A DNA stretch of 64,000 nucleotides from Duganella fentianensis (GTDB lineage: Bacteria > Pseudomonadota > Gammaproteobacteria > Burkholderiales > Burkholderiaceae_D). Position numbers and translations under genes: made by a program. Numbering within the stretch: the stretch's first letter is position 1; each line of letters starts with the position of its first letter. Location: positions 19,090 to 83,089 of the forward strand of contig NZ_CAXIQN010000022.1 of NCBI RefSeq assembly GCF_964031615.1, in the 5' to 3' direction. Below are positions 9,333 through 19,733 of this stretch, one piece after another. Under the pieces are notes generated by a model. The model made no database searches. It saw only the letters and a program-made list of their open reading frames with translations, and was not told the DNA's origin.

Positions 9333-9358
9333 GGCAAATGGCGCGGTCTAGCCGCGCA
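9333..9358 (-). promoter_or_regulatory. Putative cis-regulatory leader element shared with argS
   Basis: mRNA UGCGCGGCUAGACCGC-GCCAUUUGCC-AUG; 16-mer identical to 25417-25432, same 10-nt spacing. Confidence 0.6.
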
Positions 9359-9598
9359 GGTTGTGTTATTTTAATGATAAAAATCCGCGGCCCTGGTCCG
9401 CAGGTGGATAAATTACGGACAAAAGCACGGAACAGCCGCCCAAACAGCGGCTTTCACCGATACACTTTAGGGTGGATATTCGGCAAATCGCAGTCAAATT
9501 ATAAGGTAGAATGGCGGGTTGATGCGTTGTCGGCGCTGAATCATTGCTGCCGCCGCTACAAGACAGGATTTCTTTCTAACGGATTACGCGCACATTAG

Positions 9599-10660
<1,062 letters not shown>

Positions 10661-10670
10661 TCCGACAAGA

Positions 10671-10699
10671 CGGGGCCGCAGTGAGCGGCCCCGGTTTTT
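10671..10699 (+). terminator. Terminator-like hairpin between mreB and mreC
   Basis: CGGGGCCGC-AGTGA-GCGGCCCCG followed by GTTTTT. Confidence 0.7.
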
Positions 10700-10751
10700 G
10701 GTGCTGAGTTGTTAGTCTCGTAGGCGCGCGAGCGCCGGATTACTGGAAGTC

Positions 10752-12113
10752 ATGGAATACAGTCCTCCGCCACTTTTCAAGCAAGGTGCTCCGGCCCGGG
10801 TGAAGATGATGGTGTTTGCGTGCATCTCGATTGCACTGCTGCTGGCCGACTCGCGCGTGCGTACCCTGCAGACCGTGCGCAAGGTTGCCGGCACCATGCT
10901 GTACCCATTGCAGATGGCGGCCCTGATGCCGCGCGACGCTATCTATGGCGTCGGTGATTATTTCTCCTCGCTGTCCGCGCTGGAAAAACAGGTGCGCGAA
11001 CTGAAACGCCAGCAGATTGCCAGCGCCTTGCTGCTGCAGCAGGCGCAGCAGCGCGTAGCGGAAAACAACCAGCTGCGCCGCCTGATCGACGCGCGCGAAC
11101 ATCTGCCCATCAAATCCATGCTGGCAGAAATCCTGTACGACGCGCGCGACGTCAACAGCCGCAAAATCATCCTCGACCGTGGTAGCCAGCAAGGGCTGGT
11201 ACTGGGCCTGCCCGTGATCGACCATCAGGGCGTGGTAGGGCAGGTGACGCGGGTATTTCCCTTCACCTCCGAAGTCACCCTGCTGACCGACAAGGAACAG
11301 GCGATCCCCGTCCAGCTGCTGCGCAACGGCTTGCGCAGCGTAGCCTACGGACGTGGCAAAGCGGGTACGCTGGAACTGCGTTTCACGGCGCCTAACGCGG
11401 ATATCCAGGTGGGCGACATCGTCGTCACCTCGGGTCTGGACGGGGTATATCCGGCCGGTCTGGCAGTGGCGCGCGTGACCCAGGTGGAAAACAGCGCAGC
11501 CGGCTCCTTCGGCGGCGTGATCTGCCAGCCGCTGGGCGGGATTTCGAATAACACCCAGCTGCTGGTGCTGCTGTCGCTGCCGGACATGCCACCCCGTCCG
11601 CCTGACGAAGAACAACGCCAGCTGCGCAAACACAATAACAAGATGGCGCCGATCAAGGATGCGCCCAAGGAGCCCGATGCTGCAGCTGCTGCGGCTGCCG
11701 CCGCCGCGCCAGTCGCTGCCGCTGGTGCTGCCGCCGCGCCAGCCGCAGCCGCTCCCGCTGGCGGCGCCGCCACTCCCACAGCCGCCGGCACGCCGCCAGC
11801 CGCTGCGGCGGGCAATGCTGCTACGCCTGTTGCCAACAATGCTGCCCCCGGCCTCATGCCGGTGATGCCGGCGGCACGTCCGGCAGCGGTCCCCACCGGC
11901 GTGACGGAAACCGCCACTCCGGCCGCTGGCGCCGCGCTGACAGGCGCGCCACCGGGAGCACGACCTGCCGCCGCTGGCGCAGCGACCGCGCCGCACGCCA
12001 CACCGGCTGCGCCCCATGCTGCAGCGGCCGCGCCGCGCGCCGCTGCACCTGCACCTGCACCTGCACCTGCACCTGCACCTGAACGCGCCAAAGCCAAGGA
12101 GCCAGTACGATGA
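10752..12113 (+). CDS. mreC: MreC with long Ala/Pro-rich C-terminal tail
   Basis: TM, coiled coil, IILDRGS..G, GDIVVTSGLDGVYPAGL; operon position. Confidence 0.95.
   Translation: MEYSPPPLFKQGAPARVKMMVFACISIALLLADSRVRTLQTVRKVAGTMLYPLQMAALMPRDAIYGVGDYFSSLSALEKQVRELKRQQIASALLLQQAQQRVAENNQLRRLIDAREHLPIKSMLAEILYDARDVNSRKIILDRGSQQGLVLGLPVIDHQGVVGQVTRVFPFTSEVTLLTDKEQAIPVQLLRNGLRSVAYGRGKAGTLELRFTAPNADIQVGDIVVTSGLDGVYPAGLAVARVTQVENSAAGSFGGVICQPLGGISNNTQLLVLLSLPDMPPRPPDEEQRQLRKHNNKMAPIKDAPKEPDAAAAAAAAAAPVAAAGAAAAPAAAAPAGGAATPTAAGTPPAAAAGNAATPVANNAAPGLMPVMPAARPAAVPTGVTETATPAAGAALTGAPPGARPAAAGAATAPHATPAAPHAAAAAPRAAAPAPAPAPAPAPERAKAKEPVR
12045..12080 (+). repeat. (GCACCT)x6 in-frame tandem repeat encoding (AP)6
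   Basis: Six perfect hexamer copies read directly. Confidence 0.95.
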
Positions 12114-12622
12114 ACCGTCCTTACTACATCCTGCTGCCGGTGAGCCCCATGTTCATCGCCTTCAGCCTGTTCTGCGCCTTTCTGCTTAACCTCCTGCCGT
12201 GGGGGAATTTCATCGGCGTGCCCGACTTCGTCGCGCTGGTGCTGGTGTTCTGGGGTATCCACCAGCCGCGCCGGGTCGGCATCGGCACCGCCTTCTGTCT
12301 GGGCCTGCTGATGGACGTGCATGATTCCACCCTGCTGGGCGAGAATGCGCTGGCCTACACCCTGCTGTCCTACTTCGCCATCATGCTGCACCGCCGGGTA
12401 CTGTGGTTCCCGCTGGTGACCCAGGCCATGCATGTGTTCCCGCTGCTGCTGATGGCGCAGTCGGTGCAGCTGCTGGTGCGTTTCATCGTGTCGGGCAAAT
12501 TCCCCGGCTGGTTCTATTTTGTCGAAAGTGCCGTCTCGGTGGTGCTGTGGCCACTGGCGACCTGGATACTGCTGGCGCCGCAGCGGCGTGCAGTGGACCG
12601 CGACCATACCCGTCCGATCTGA
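12110..12622 (+). CDS. mreD: MreD
   Basis: Hydrophobic, PDFVALVLVFW, GLLMDV; ATGA overlap with mreC. Confidence 0.95.
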   Translation: MNRPYYILLPVSPMFIAFSLFCAFLLNLLPWGNFIGVPDFVALVLVFWGIHQPRRVGIGTAFCLGLLMDVHDSTLLGENALAYTLLSYFAIMLHRRVLWFPLVTQAMHVFPLLLMAQSVQLLVRFIVSGKFPGWFYFVESAVSVVLWPLATWILLAPQRRAVDRDHTRPI

Positions 12623-12637
12623 TCCCGCACCGGCAGT

Positions 12638-14620
12638 ATGACTGAGCTCAAGGACAATCAGCGCGAACTCTACCAGTTCCGCCTGCGCCTGACGGTGCTG
12701 GGCGGGCTGGTGTTCATCTGTTTCGGCCTGCTGCTGGCCCGCTTCATCTGGCTGCAAGTCTACAAGCACAGCGACTATGTGGCGCAGGCGGAAGAGAACC
12801 GCATCGCCATCGTCCCGATCGAACCGAATCGCGGCCTGATCCTCGACCGCAACGGCGTCATCCTGGCGCGCAACTACTCGGCCTTCACGCTGGAGATCAC
12901 CCCGTCCAAGCTGAATGCCACGCTGGACGAAACCATCGACGAGCTGTCCAAGCTGATCACCATCGAAACCAAGGATCGCAAGCACTTCAAGAAGCTGCTG
13001 GAAGAATCGCGCGGCTTCGAGAGCGTGCCGCTGCGTAACCGCCTGACGGACGAAGAAGTGGCCCGCTTTACGGCGCAGCGCTTCCGCTTCCCCGGCGTAG
13101 AAGTGCAGGCGCGTCTGTTCCGCCAGTATCCGCTCGGTGAAATCGCTTCCCACGTGATCGGCTTCATTGGCCGCATCAACCAGTCCGAAGCCAAACTGAT
13201 CGCCCAGATGGACGATGCCGCCAACTACAACGGCACCGACCATATCGGCAAGGAAGGGCTGGAAAAAAGCTACGAGAAGCAGCTGCACGGCATCACCGGC
13301 TACGAGGAAGTGGAAAAATCGGCCGGCGGGCGCGCCATCCGCACCCTGTCGCGTACCCCCGCCACGCCGGGCAGCAATCTGATCCTGTCGATCGATATCG
13401 AATTGCAGAAAGTGATCGAAGAAGCCTTTGGCGAATGGCGCGGCGCGCTGGTGGCGATCGAACCGGCCACGGGCGACATCCTGGCCTATGTTTCGCGCCC
13501 CGGCTACGACCCCAATCTGTTCGTCGACGGCATCGACAGCCAGAGCTGGAACGAACTGAATAATTCGCTCGACCGTCCCATGGTGAACCGCCCCCTGTCC
13601 GGCGCCTATCCGCCCGGTTCCACCTTCAAGCCCTTCATGGCACTGGCGGCGCTGGAGCTGCACAAGCGCACCCCCAGTCAGGCCATCTACGACCCCGGCT
13701 CGTTCACGCTGGGCGGCCACAAATTCCGCGACGATAAACCGGGTGGCCATGGCACGGTGGATATGTACAAAGCCATCGTCGAATCCTGCGATACCTATTT
13801 CTACATTCTCGGCAACGAGATGGGCATAGACGCCATCCACGATTTCATGAAGCCGTTCGGCTTCGGCCAGATCACCGGCATCGATCTCGAACACGAGAAG
13901 CAGGGCGTGCTGCCGTCCAAAGAATGGAAGGCTAACCGCTTCAAGAAAAATCCGGCGGCGCAGAAATGGGTGGGCGGCGACACGATTTCCATCGCCATCG
14001 GTAACGGCTATAACAACTACACGCCGCTGCAGCTGGCGCACGCGGTCGCCAATCTGGCCAACAACGGCGTGGTGATGAAGCCCCATCTGGTGAAGATTAT
14101 CGAAGACAGCGCTACCCGTACGCGCAAGCTGACGGTGCCCAAGGAAAGCTACCGTATTCCGCTCAAGCAGGAAAATATCGACATCATTAAAAATGCCATG
14201 GTGGGCGTGACCCTGAGCGGCACGGCGGCGCGCGCATTTGCCGGCGCCGGCTATACTTCGGGCGGCAAGACCGGTACGGCGCAGCTGATCGCCATCAAAA
14301 AGAACGAGAAGTACAACGCCAATCTGATCGCCGAACGGCTGCGCGACAATGCGCTCTACACGGCGTTCGCACCGGCCGACAATCCCCGCATCGCGATTGC
14401 CGTGGTGGTGGAGAATGGCGGCTTCGGTGCTGGCGTGGCGGCACCCATCGTGCGCAAGGCGCTCGATTACTACCTGCTGGGCAAACGCCCGCATGAAAAA
14501 GAAACCACTGCCGTACCGCGCGAGGACGCCGAGCTGCGTTCCGTGCAGGACGTGCAGGCCGAGCAAGGCCTGAGCGACGAAAAACGTCCCGGCGCCGAGA
14601 CCCCCGGCAACAAGGAATAA
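12638..14620 (+). CDS. mrdA: Penicillin-binding protein 2, copy 1
   Basis: STFK, SCD, KTG motifs; PNRGLILDRNG. Confidence 0.95.
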   Translation: MTELKDNQRELYQFRLRLTVLGGLVFICFGLLLARFIWLQVYKHSDYVAQAEENRIAIVPIEPNRGLILDRNGVILARNYSAFTLEITPSKLNATLDETIDELSKLITIETKDRKHFKKLLEESRGFESVPLRNRLTDEEVARFTAQRFRFPGVEVQARLFRQYPLGEIASHVIGFIGRINQSEAKLIAQMDDAANYNGTDHIGKEGLEKSYEKQLHGITGYEEVEKSAGGRAIRTLSRTPATPGSNLILSIDIELQKVIEEAFGEWRGALVAIEPATGDILAYVSRPGYDPNLFVDGIDSQSWNELNNSLDRPMVNRPLSGAYPPGSTFKPFMALAALELHKRTPSQAIYDPGSFTLGGHKFRDDKPGGHGTVDMYKAIVESCDTYFYILGNEMGIDAIHDFMKPFGFGQITGIDLEHEKQGVLPSKEWKANRFKKNPAAQKWVGGDTISIAIGNGYNNYTPLQLAHAVANLANNGVVMKPHLVKIIEDSATRTRKLTVPKESYRIPLKQENIDIIKNAMVGVTLSGTAARAFAGAGYTSGGKTGTAQLIAIKKNEKYNANLIAERLRDNALYTAFAPADNPRIAIAVVVENGGFGAGVAAPIVRKALDYYLLGKRPHEKETTAVPREDAELRSVQDVQAEQGLSDEKRPGAETPGNKE

Positions 14621-14628
14621 GGTATCCC

Positions 14629-15741
14629 ATGCAAATCAACGAAAGGCGCTCGCTGTGGCGCCGCCTGCGTCCGTATCTGACGGTATTCGATGTACCGCTA
14701 GCCCTGATCATTACCGCGCTGCTGTCGGTCGGGCTGGTAACGCTGTACTCGGCCGGCATCGGCATACCCGGCAAGGTGGAAGACCAGCTGCGTAACATCT
14801 TCCTGGCCTTTATGGTGATGTGGATCGTGGCGAATATCTCGCCGCAGATGATGATGCGCATCGCCGTTCCCGCCTATCTGCTGGCGGTGGCGCTGCTGGT
14901 GGGCGTAGCCCTGTTCGGTACCATCAAACTGGGCGCGCGGCGCTGGCTGCATGTGGGGGTCGATATCCAGCCGTCCGAATTCATGAAGATCGCCATGCCG
15001 CTGATGCTGGCGTGGTTTTTCCAGCAGCGCGCCGGCCAGCTGCAATGGGTGCATTATGCGATTGCCGCCGTGCTGCTGGCGATCCCCGTCGGCCTGATCG
15101 TCAAACAGCCCGATCTGGGCACCGCGCTGCTGGTGGTGGCCAGCGGCTTTGCCGTGATCTTCCTGGCCGGGCTGGCGTGGAAGGCCTTGCTGGCGCTGCT
15201 GGTGGCCGGTGCCGCCAGCCTGCCCGTGATCTGGTCGGTGCTGCACGACTACCAGCGCGAGCGCGTGATGACGCTGATCGATCCCACTTCCGACCCGCTG
15301 GGCAAAGGCTTCCACATCATCCAGTCCACCATTGCCGTCGGCTCGGGCGGCATCACGGGCAAGGGCTGGACCCATGGCACCCAGGCCCACCTCGAGTTCA
15401 TCCCCGAGCGCACCACCGACTTCATTTTCGCCGTGTTCTCGGAAGAATTCGGCCTGACCGGCAATCTGGTGCTGATGGTGCTGTATCTGCTGCTGATCGG
15501 CCGCGGGCTGGTGATCGCCGGCAATGCGCCGACCTTCTTCACCCGTCTGCTGGCCGGCGCCATCACCATGATTTATTTCACCTATGCCTTCGTCAACATG
15601 GGTATGGTCAGCGGCATCCTGCCGGTAGTGGGCGTGCCGCTGCCGTTCATGAGCTATGGCGGTACTGCGCTGCTGACGCTGGGGCTGGGCGCCGGCATCC
15701 TGATGAGCATACAGCGCCACCGCAAGCTGGTGCAGACTTGA
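14629..15741 (+). CDS. rodA: Rod shape-determining protein RodA (SEDS)
   Basis: GARRW, QPSEFMK, QPDLGT, PERTTDFIF, PFMSYGG. Confidence 0.96.
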   Translation: MQINERRSLWRRLRPYLTVFDVPLALIITALLSVGLVTLYSAGIGIPGKVEDQLRNIFLAFMVMWIVANISPQMMMRIAVPAYLLAVALLVGVALFGTIKLGARRWLHVGVDIQPSEFMKIAMPLMLAWFFQQRAGQLQWVHYAIAAVLLAIPVGLIVKQPDLGTALLVVASGFAVIFLAGLAWKALLALLVAGAASLPVIWSVLHDYQRERVMTLIDPTSDPLGKGFHIIQSTIAVGSGGITGKGWTHGTQAHLEFIPERTTDFIFAVFSEEFGLTGNLVLMVLYLLLIGRGLVIAGNAPTFFTRLLAGAITMIYFTYAFVNMGMVSGILPVVGVPLPFMSYGGTALLTLGLGAGILMSIQRHRKLVQT

Positions 15742-15763
15742 GGCCTAGCGGGAGCGCAGCAGC

Positions 15764-17812
15764 ATGATAGAGATGAAGGACACCGAGCGCGAGCTCGCGC
15801 AGTTCCGCGTCCGCATTACCGTGCTGGGCGCGCTGGTGCTACTGTGTTTCGGCCTGCTGCTGTTACGCTTGTTGTGGCTGCAGGTGATCAAGCACGACGA
15901 ATTTGCCACCAAGGCCGATGAAAACCGTATCGCCCTGGTGCCCATCGTGCCTAGCCGCGGCCTGATCCTGGACCGCAACGGCGTGGTTTTAGCGCGTAAC
16001 TATTCGGCCTTCACGCTGGAGATCACCCCGTCCAAACTGGCCGCGCCGCTGGATGAAGTGATCGACCAGCTGGCCCAGCTGGTGACGGTAGAACTCAAAG
16101 ACCGCAAGCGCTTCCGCAAGCTGCTGGAAGAGTCCAAGAATTTCGAAAGCGTGCCGCTGCGCAACCGCCTGTCCGACGAAGAAGTGGCGCGCTTCACGGC
16201 ACAGCGTTTCCGCTTCCCCGGGGTGGAAGTGCAAGCCCGCTTGTTCCGCCAGTACCCGCTGGGAGAAACGGCTTCGCACGTGATCGGCTACATCGGCCGC
16301 ATCAACCGGGCCGAAGCCAAAGCGCTGGAAGAGGGCGAGGACAGTGCCAACTACAACGGCTCCGACTACATCGGCAAGGAAGGGCTGGAGAAAAGCTACG
16401 AAAAACATCTGCACGGGATGACCGGCTACGAGGAAGTGGAAGTGACTTCGCGCGGACGCGCCATCCGCACGCTGTCGCGCAAGCCGGCCGTGGCGGGCAG
16501 TAATCTGATCCTGTCGATCGATATCGAACTGCAGAAAGTGGTGGAAGAAGCGTTTGGCGAACGGCGTGGCGCGCTGGTGGCGATCGAACCATCGACCGGC
16601 GACATTCTGGCCTATGTCTCGCGGCCCGGCTACGACCCCAATCTATTCGTCGACGGCATCGACACGGCCAGCTGGAACGAATTGAATAACTCGCTCGACC
16701 GGCCCATGGTGAACCGCCCCCTGTCCGGCACCTATGCGCCCGGCTCCACCTTCAAACCTTTCATGGCGCTGGCCGCGCTGGAACTGGGTAAGCGCACGCC
16801 GACGCAGACCACGCCCGATCCCGGCTTCTACTACCTCGGTGGCCACAAGTTCAACGACGATCTGGTGGGCGGCCACGGCGCGGTAGATATGCGCAAGTCC
16901 ATCATCGTCTCGTGCAATACCTATTACTACGTGCTGGGGCATGACATGGGCATAGACATGATCCATGACTTCATGAAACCGTTCGGCTTCGGCCAGCTGA
17001 CCGGCATCGATCTGGAAAACGAAAAGACCGGCGTGCTGCCATCGCAGGAATGGAAGCGCAAGCGCTTCAAAGGTGCAGCCGGCAAGTGGGTGGGCGGCGA
17101 CACCATCTCGGTCAGCAACGGTTCCGGCTACAACGCCTATACCCCGCTGCAGATCGCTCACGCCGTGGCCAACCTGTCCAACGATGGTGTGGTGATGAAG
17201 CCCCATCTGGTCAAGATTATCGAGCACGGCGCCACCCGCACCCGCTCGCTGACGGTGCCCAAGGAGAGTTATCGCATCCCGCTCAAGCAGGAGAATATCG
17301 ACTTCATCAAGAGCGCCATGGTGGGCGTCACCAGCGAAGCGGGCGGCACCGGCTTCCGCGCCTTTAGCGGTGCCGGCTACACGGTGGGCGGCAAGACCGG
17401 CACGGCGCAGGTGATCACGATTAAATCGGGCGACAAATACAATGCCGCCAAGCTGGCCGAACGCCTGCGCGATAATGCGCTGTTCACGGCCTTCGCGCCG
17501 GCCGACAAACCCCGTATCGCACTGGCACTGGTGGTTGAAAATGCCGGTAAAGGCGGGCTGGAAGCGGCACCGATTGCGCGTAAAGCGATAGACTATTATT
17601 TGCTGGGCAAACGTCCGGCAGAAAAAGATACCACCAAAGTGGCGCGTGAAGATGCCGTGGCAGTGGTGCCGGTGGAAGGCGAGCTGCTGGAACAGCAGGC
17701 CGCAGCGGCCGAGCAGGAGCGCCAGTCGGCGCAGCCTGTCGCATCGCCGGCACCAGCGTCGCCTGCGCCCGCAGCGGCAGCAGGCGCGGCGCCGGCCCGA
17801 AAAAAACCGTAA
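15764..17812 (+). CDS. mrdA: Penicillin-binding protein 2, copy 2
   Basis: Colinear paralogue of 12638-14620; STFK, SCN, KTG motifs. Confidence 0.93.
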   Translation: MIEMKDTERELAQFRVRITVLGALVLLCFGLLLLRLLWLQVIKHDEFATKADENRIALVPIVPSRGLILDRNGVVLARNYSAFTLEITPSKLAAPLDEVIDQLAQLVTVELKDRKRFRKLLEESKNFESVPLRNRLSDEEVARFTAQRFRFPGVEVQARLFRQYPLGETASHVIGYIGRINRAEAKALEEGEDSANYNGSDYIGKEGLEKSYEKHLHGMTGYEEVEVTSRGRAIRTLSRKPAVAGSNLILSIDIELQKVVEEAFGERRGALVAIEPSTGDILAYVSRPGYDPNLFVDGIDTASWNELNNSLDRPMVNRPLSGTYAPGSTFKPFMALAALELGKRTPTQTTPDPGFYYLGGHKFNDDLVGGHGAVDMRKSIIVSCNTYYYVLGHDMGIDMIHDFMKPFGFGQLTGIDLENEKTGVLPSQEWKRKRFKGAAGKWVGGDTISVSNGSGYNAYTPLQIAHAVANLSNDGVVMKPHLVKIIEHGATRTRSLTVPKESYRIPLKQENIDFIKSAMVGVTSEAGGTGFRAFSGAGYTVGGKTGTAQVITIKSGDKYNAAKLAERLRDNALFTAFAPADKPRIALALVVENAGKGGLEAAPIARKAIDYYLLGKRPAEKDTTKVAREDAVAVVPVEGELLEQQAAAAEQERQSAQPVASPAPASPAPAAAAGAAPARKKP

Positions 17813-17822
17813 GGAGACAGAC

Positions 17823-18947
17823 ATGCGTGACAACCGGAGTCGTATCCTCACATGGCTGGCCGCGCTGGCCCTGCTGGCGCTGGCCGGCTGTAACACGGCG
17901 CCGCTGGTGAGCGAGAGCGCCCGCACGCCACGTCCACCAGCCGCTAGCGCGCCCGTGCTGCGCGCTCCTGCGGCCAGCAAGCCGGCCACGGGCCTGCCGG
18001 ATCTGCCACCGGCCAATTCCGGCCGTGGCGGCTATTATCAGGATGATGGCCCCGGCGACTCGCCGCCAGCGGATCTGGAAAACGTGCCCGATGCCGAAGT
18101 GCGCAACGACCCGCTGCTGCCGTTTTCCAACCGTCCCTACACCGTATTCGGCAAGACCTATACGCCGATCACCGATAACAAGCCTTACACCCAGATTGGC
18201 GTAGGCAGCTGGTACGGCAAAAAATTCCACGGCCAGCGCACTTCGTCCGGCGAACTGTACGACATGTACAAGATGACGGCCGCGCATCCCATCCTGCCGA
18301 TCCCATCCTATGCCCGCCTGACCAATCTGGTCAGCGGTGCCGTGGTGATCGTGCGCATCAACGACCGCGGCCCGTTCCATGCCAACCGCGCCATCGACGT
18401 GTCCTACACGGCGGCGCTGAAACTGGGCCTGCTCGGCAAAGGCAGCCACGAACTGCAGATCGAACGCATCCTGCCGGACGAAGTGGACCGCATGCTGGCA
18501 ACCCGTGGCGGCGTATCCACCACCGTGCCGCCCCGACTGGCGACGCAGGCGGCGCGCAACAGCGCCGGTGCCGGCCTGCTGGGGCGGGGCGATGCTGGCC
18601 CGCCGCTGCTGCTGACGGCGGCCACCACGCTGGGGACATCGGCGCCGGCCAATACCAGCGAGATCGAAGCGCTGATGCGTGACGACCGCGCTCCTGCCGA
18701 AGGTGAAGCCGCAGCGCCGGTCGCGGCCAATTTCTATCTGCAGCTAGGCGCTTATGCGCGTGCCGAGAATGCCGAAGCAGTGCGCAGCAAACTGCAAGGC
18801 ACAGGTCTGAGCGGGCTGGAAGTGGTAAAGAATGGCGCCGTGCACCGGCTCTACACGGGACCGTTCGCAAGTCGTCAGGAGGCCCTGCAGGCGGCGCGCA
18901 GTCTGCCTGCTACGCTGAACTTGAAACCGATCGTGATCCAGCGCTAG
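17823..18947 (+). CDS. rlpA: RlpA septal lytic transglycosylase lipoprotein (DPBB + SPOR)
   Basis: AGGAG RBS; LAGC lipobox; GSWYGKKFHG, TAAHP.LP, RINDRGPF; C-terminal SPOR LQLGAY. Confidence 0.92.
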   Translation: MRDNRSRILTWLAALALLALAGCNTAPLVSESARTPRPPAASAPVLRAPAASKPATGLPDLPPANSGRGGYYQDDGPGDSPPADLENVPDAEVRNDPLLPFSNRPYTVFGKTYTPITDNKPYTQIGVGSWYGKKFHGQRTSSGELYDMYKMTAAHPILPIPSYARLTNLVSGAVVIVRINDRGPFHANRAIDVSYTAALKLGLLGKGSHELQIERILPDEVDRMLATRGGVSTTVPPRLATQAARNSAGAGLLGRGDAGPPLLLTAATTLGTSAPANTSEIEALMRDDRAPAEGEAAAPVAANFYLQLGAYARAENAEAVRSKLQGTGLSGLEVVKNGAVHRLYTGPFASRQEALQAARSLPATLNLKPIVIQR

Positions 18948-18989
18948 CCTAGCCACGCGCAGAGCCAGCCGGGTCGCGCTGCCGATGGG

Positions 18990-19709
18990 TTATTTGCAGC
19001 TGCGCATTTCGGTGCCGGGGAAGCTGCTGCGCAGCTGTTCGAGGCGTACCTTCAGATCGGGATCGACTTCGCGGAACTGGAACGACAGCAGCTTGCTACC
19101 GCTCATGCGCGGTGCAATCTTGGCCGTACGTACGCCCTGTTTGCTCAGCGCCGCCAGCTGGTTCTGTGCCGCCGTTTCGGTTTTGAATACGCCCAGCGAA
19201 ATAGCCCAGCGCATAGGCGTGTTATCGCTCATGATGAAGTAGTTACGCACGCCCAGCGCGCGCAGTTCGGCCGCCTTCTTCTCGGCGCCTTCCTTGCTGC
19301 CCTGTGGCGGCATGTACACCACATAGCTGGAAACTTCGCTGCCGGGCAGGTTGTGGCGCAGCTGGCGGTCGCCCAGTTTGAGCGGTGCCAGTACGGTTTC
19401 GAAGCGGCGCGCATCGGCCAGCACAAAGCTGGCGATCTCCACGCAGGCCAGAATTTCCGGTGCCGCTTTGGCGCCGGCCGCCGTACTGGCCGCAGCGCCC
19501 GCAGCAGCGCTGGCGCTGCTGGCACTATTGGCATTATTGGCGCTATTAGCCTTCTCTTCCGAAATGATCACCAGCTTATCGGCATTGAGCTGGTTGCTCA
19601 GTCGCTGCGGCTCGCGTTCGTTGCCGCTGAAATGGCCCAGATAACCTTGGCCATAGGCGTACAGCCCGGCATTGACTGCTAACAGCGACCAGAAAATAAA
19701 TTTCAGCAC
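18990..19709 (-). CDS. SPOR domain protein
   Basis: N-terminal TM, ISLGVFK...A SPOR motif; usual position after coaX. Confidence 0.8.
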   Translation of the reverse strand: MLKFIFWSLLAVNAGLYAYGQGYLGHFSGNEREPQRLSNQLNADKLVIISEEKANSANNANSASSASAAAGAAASTAAGAKAAPEILACVEIASFVLADARRFETVLAPLKLGDRQLRHNLPGSEVSSYVVYMPPQGSKEGAEKKAAELRALGVRNYFIMSDNTPMRWAISLGVFKTETAAQNQLAALSKQGVRTAKIAPRMSGSKLLSFQFREVDPDLKVRLEQLRSSFPGTEMRSCK

Positions 19710-19733
19710 GACGCTTTCCTCGAGAATGACATC

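Noticed and set aside
9403-9479. Two DnaA-box-like 9-mers (TTATCCACC, ATATCCACC on minus strand) between gatC and mreB
   Set aside because: Only 8/9 and 7/9 matches, two copies, no origin context.
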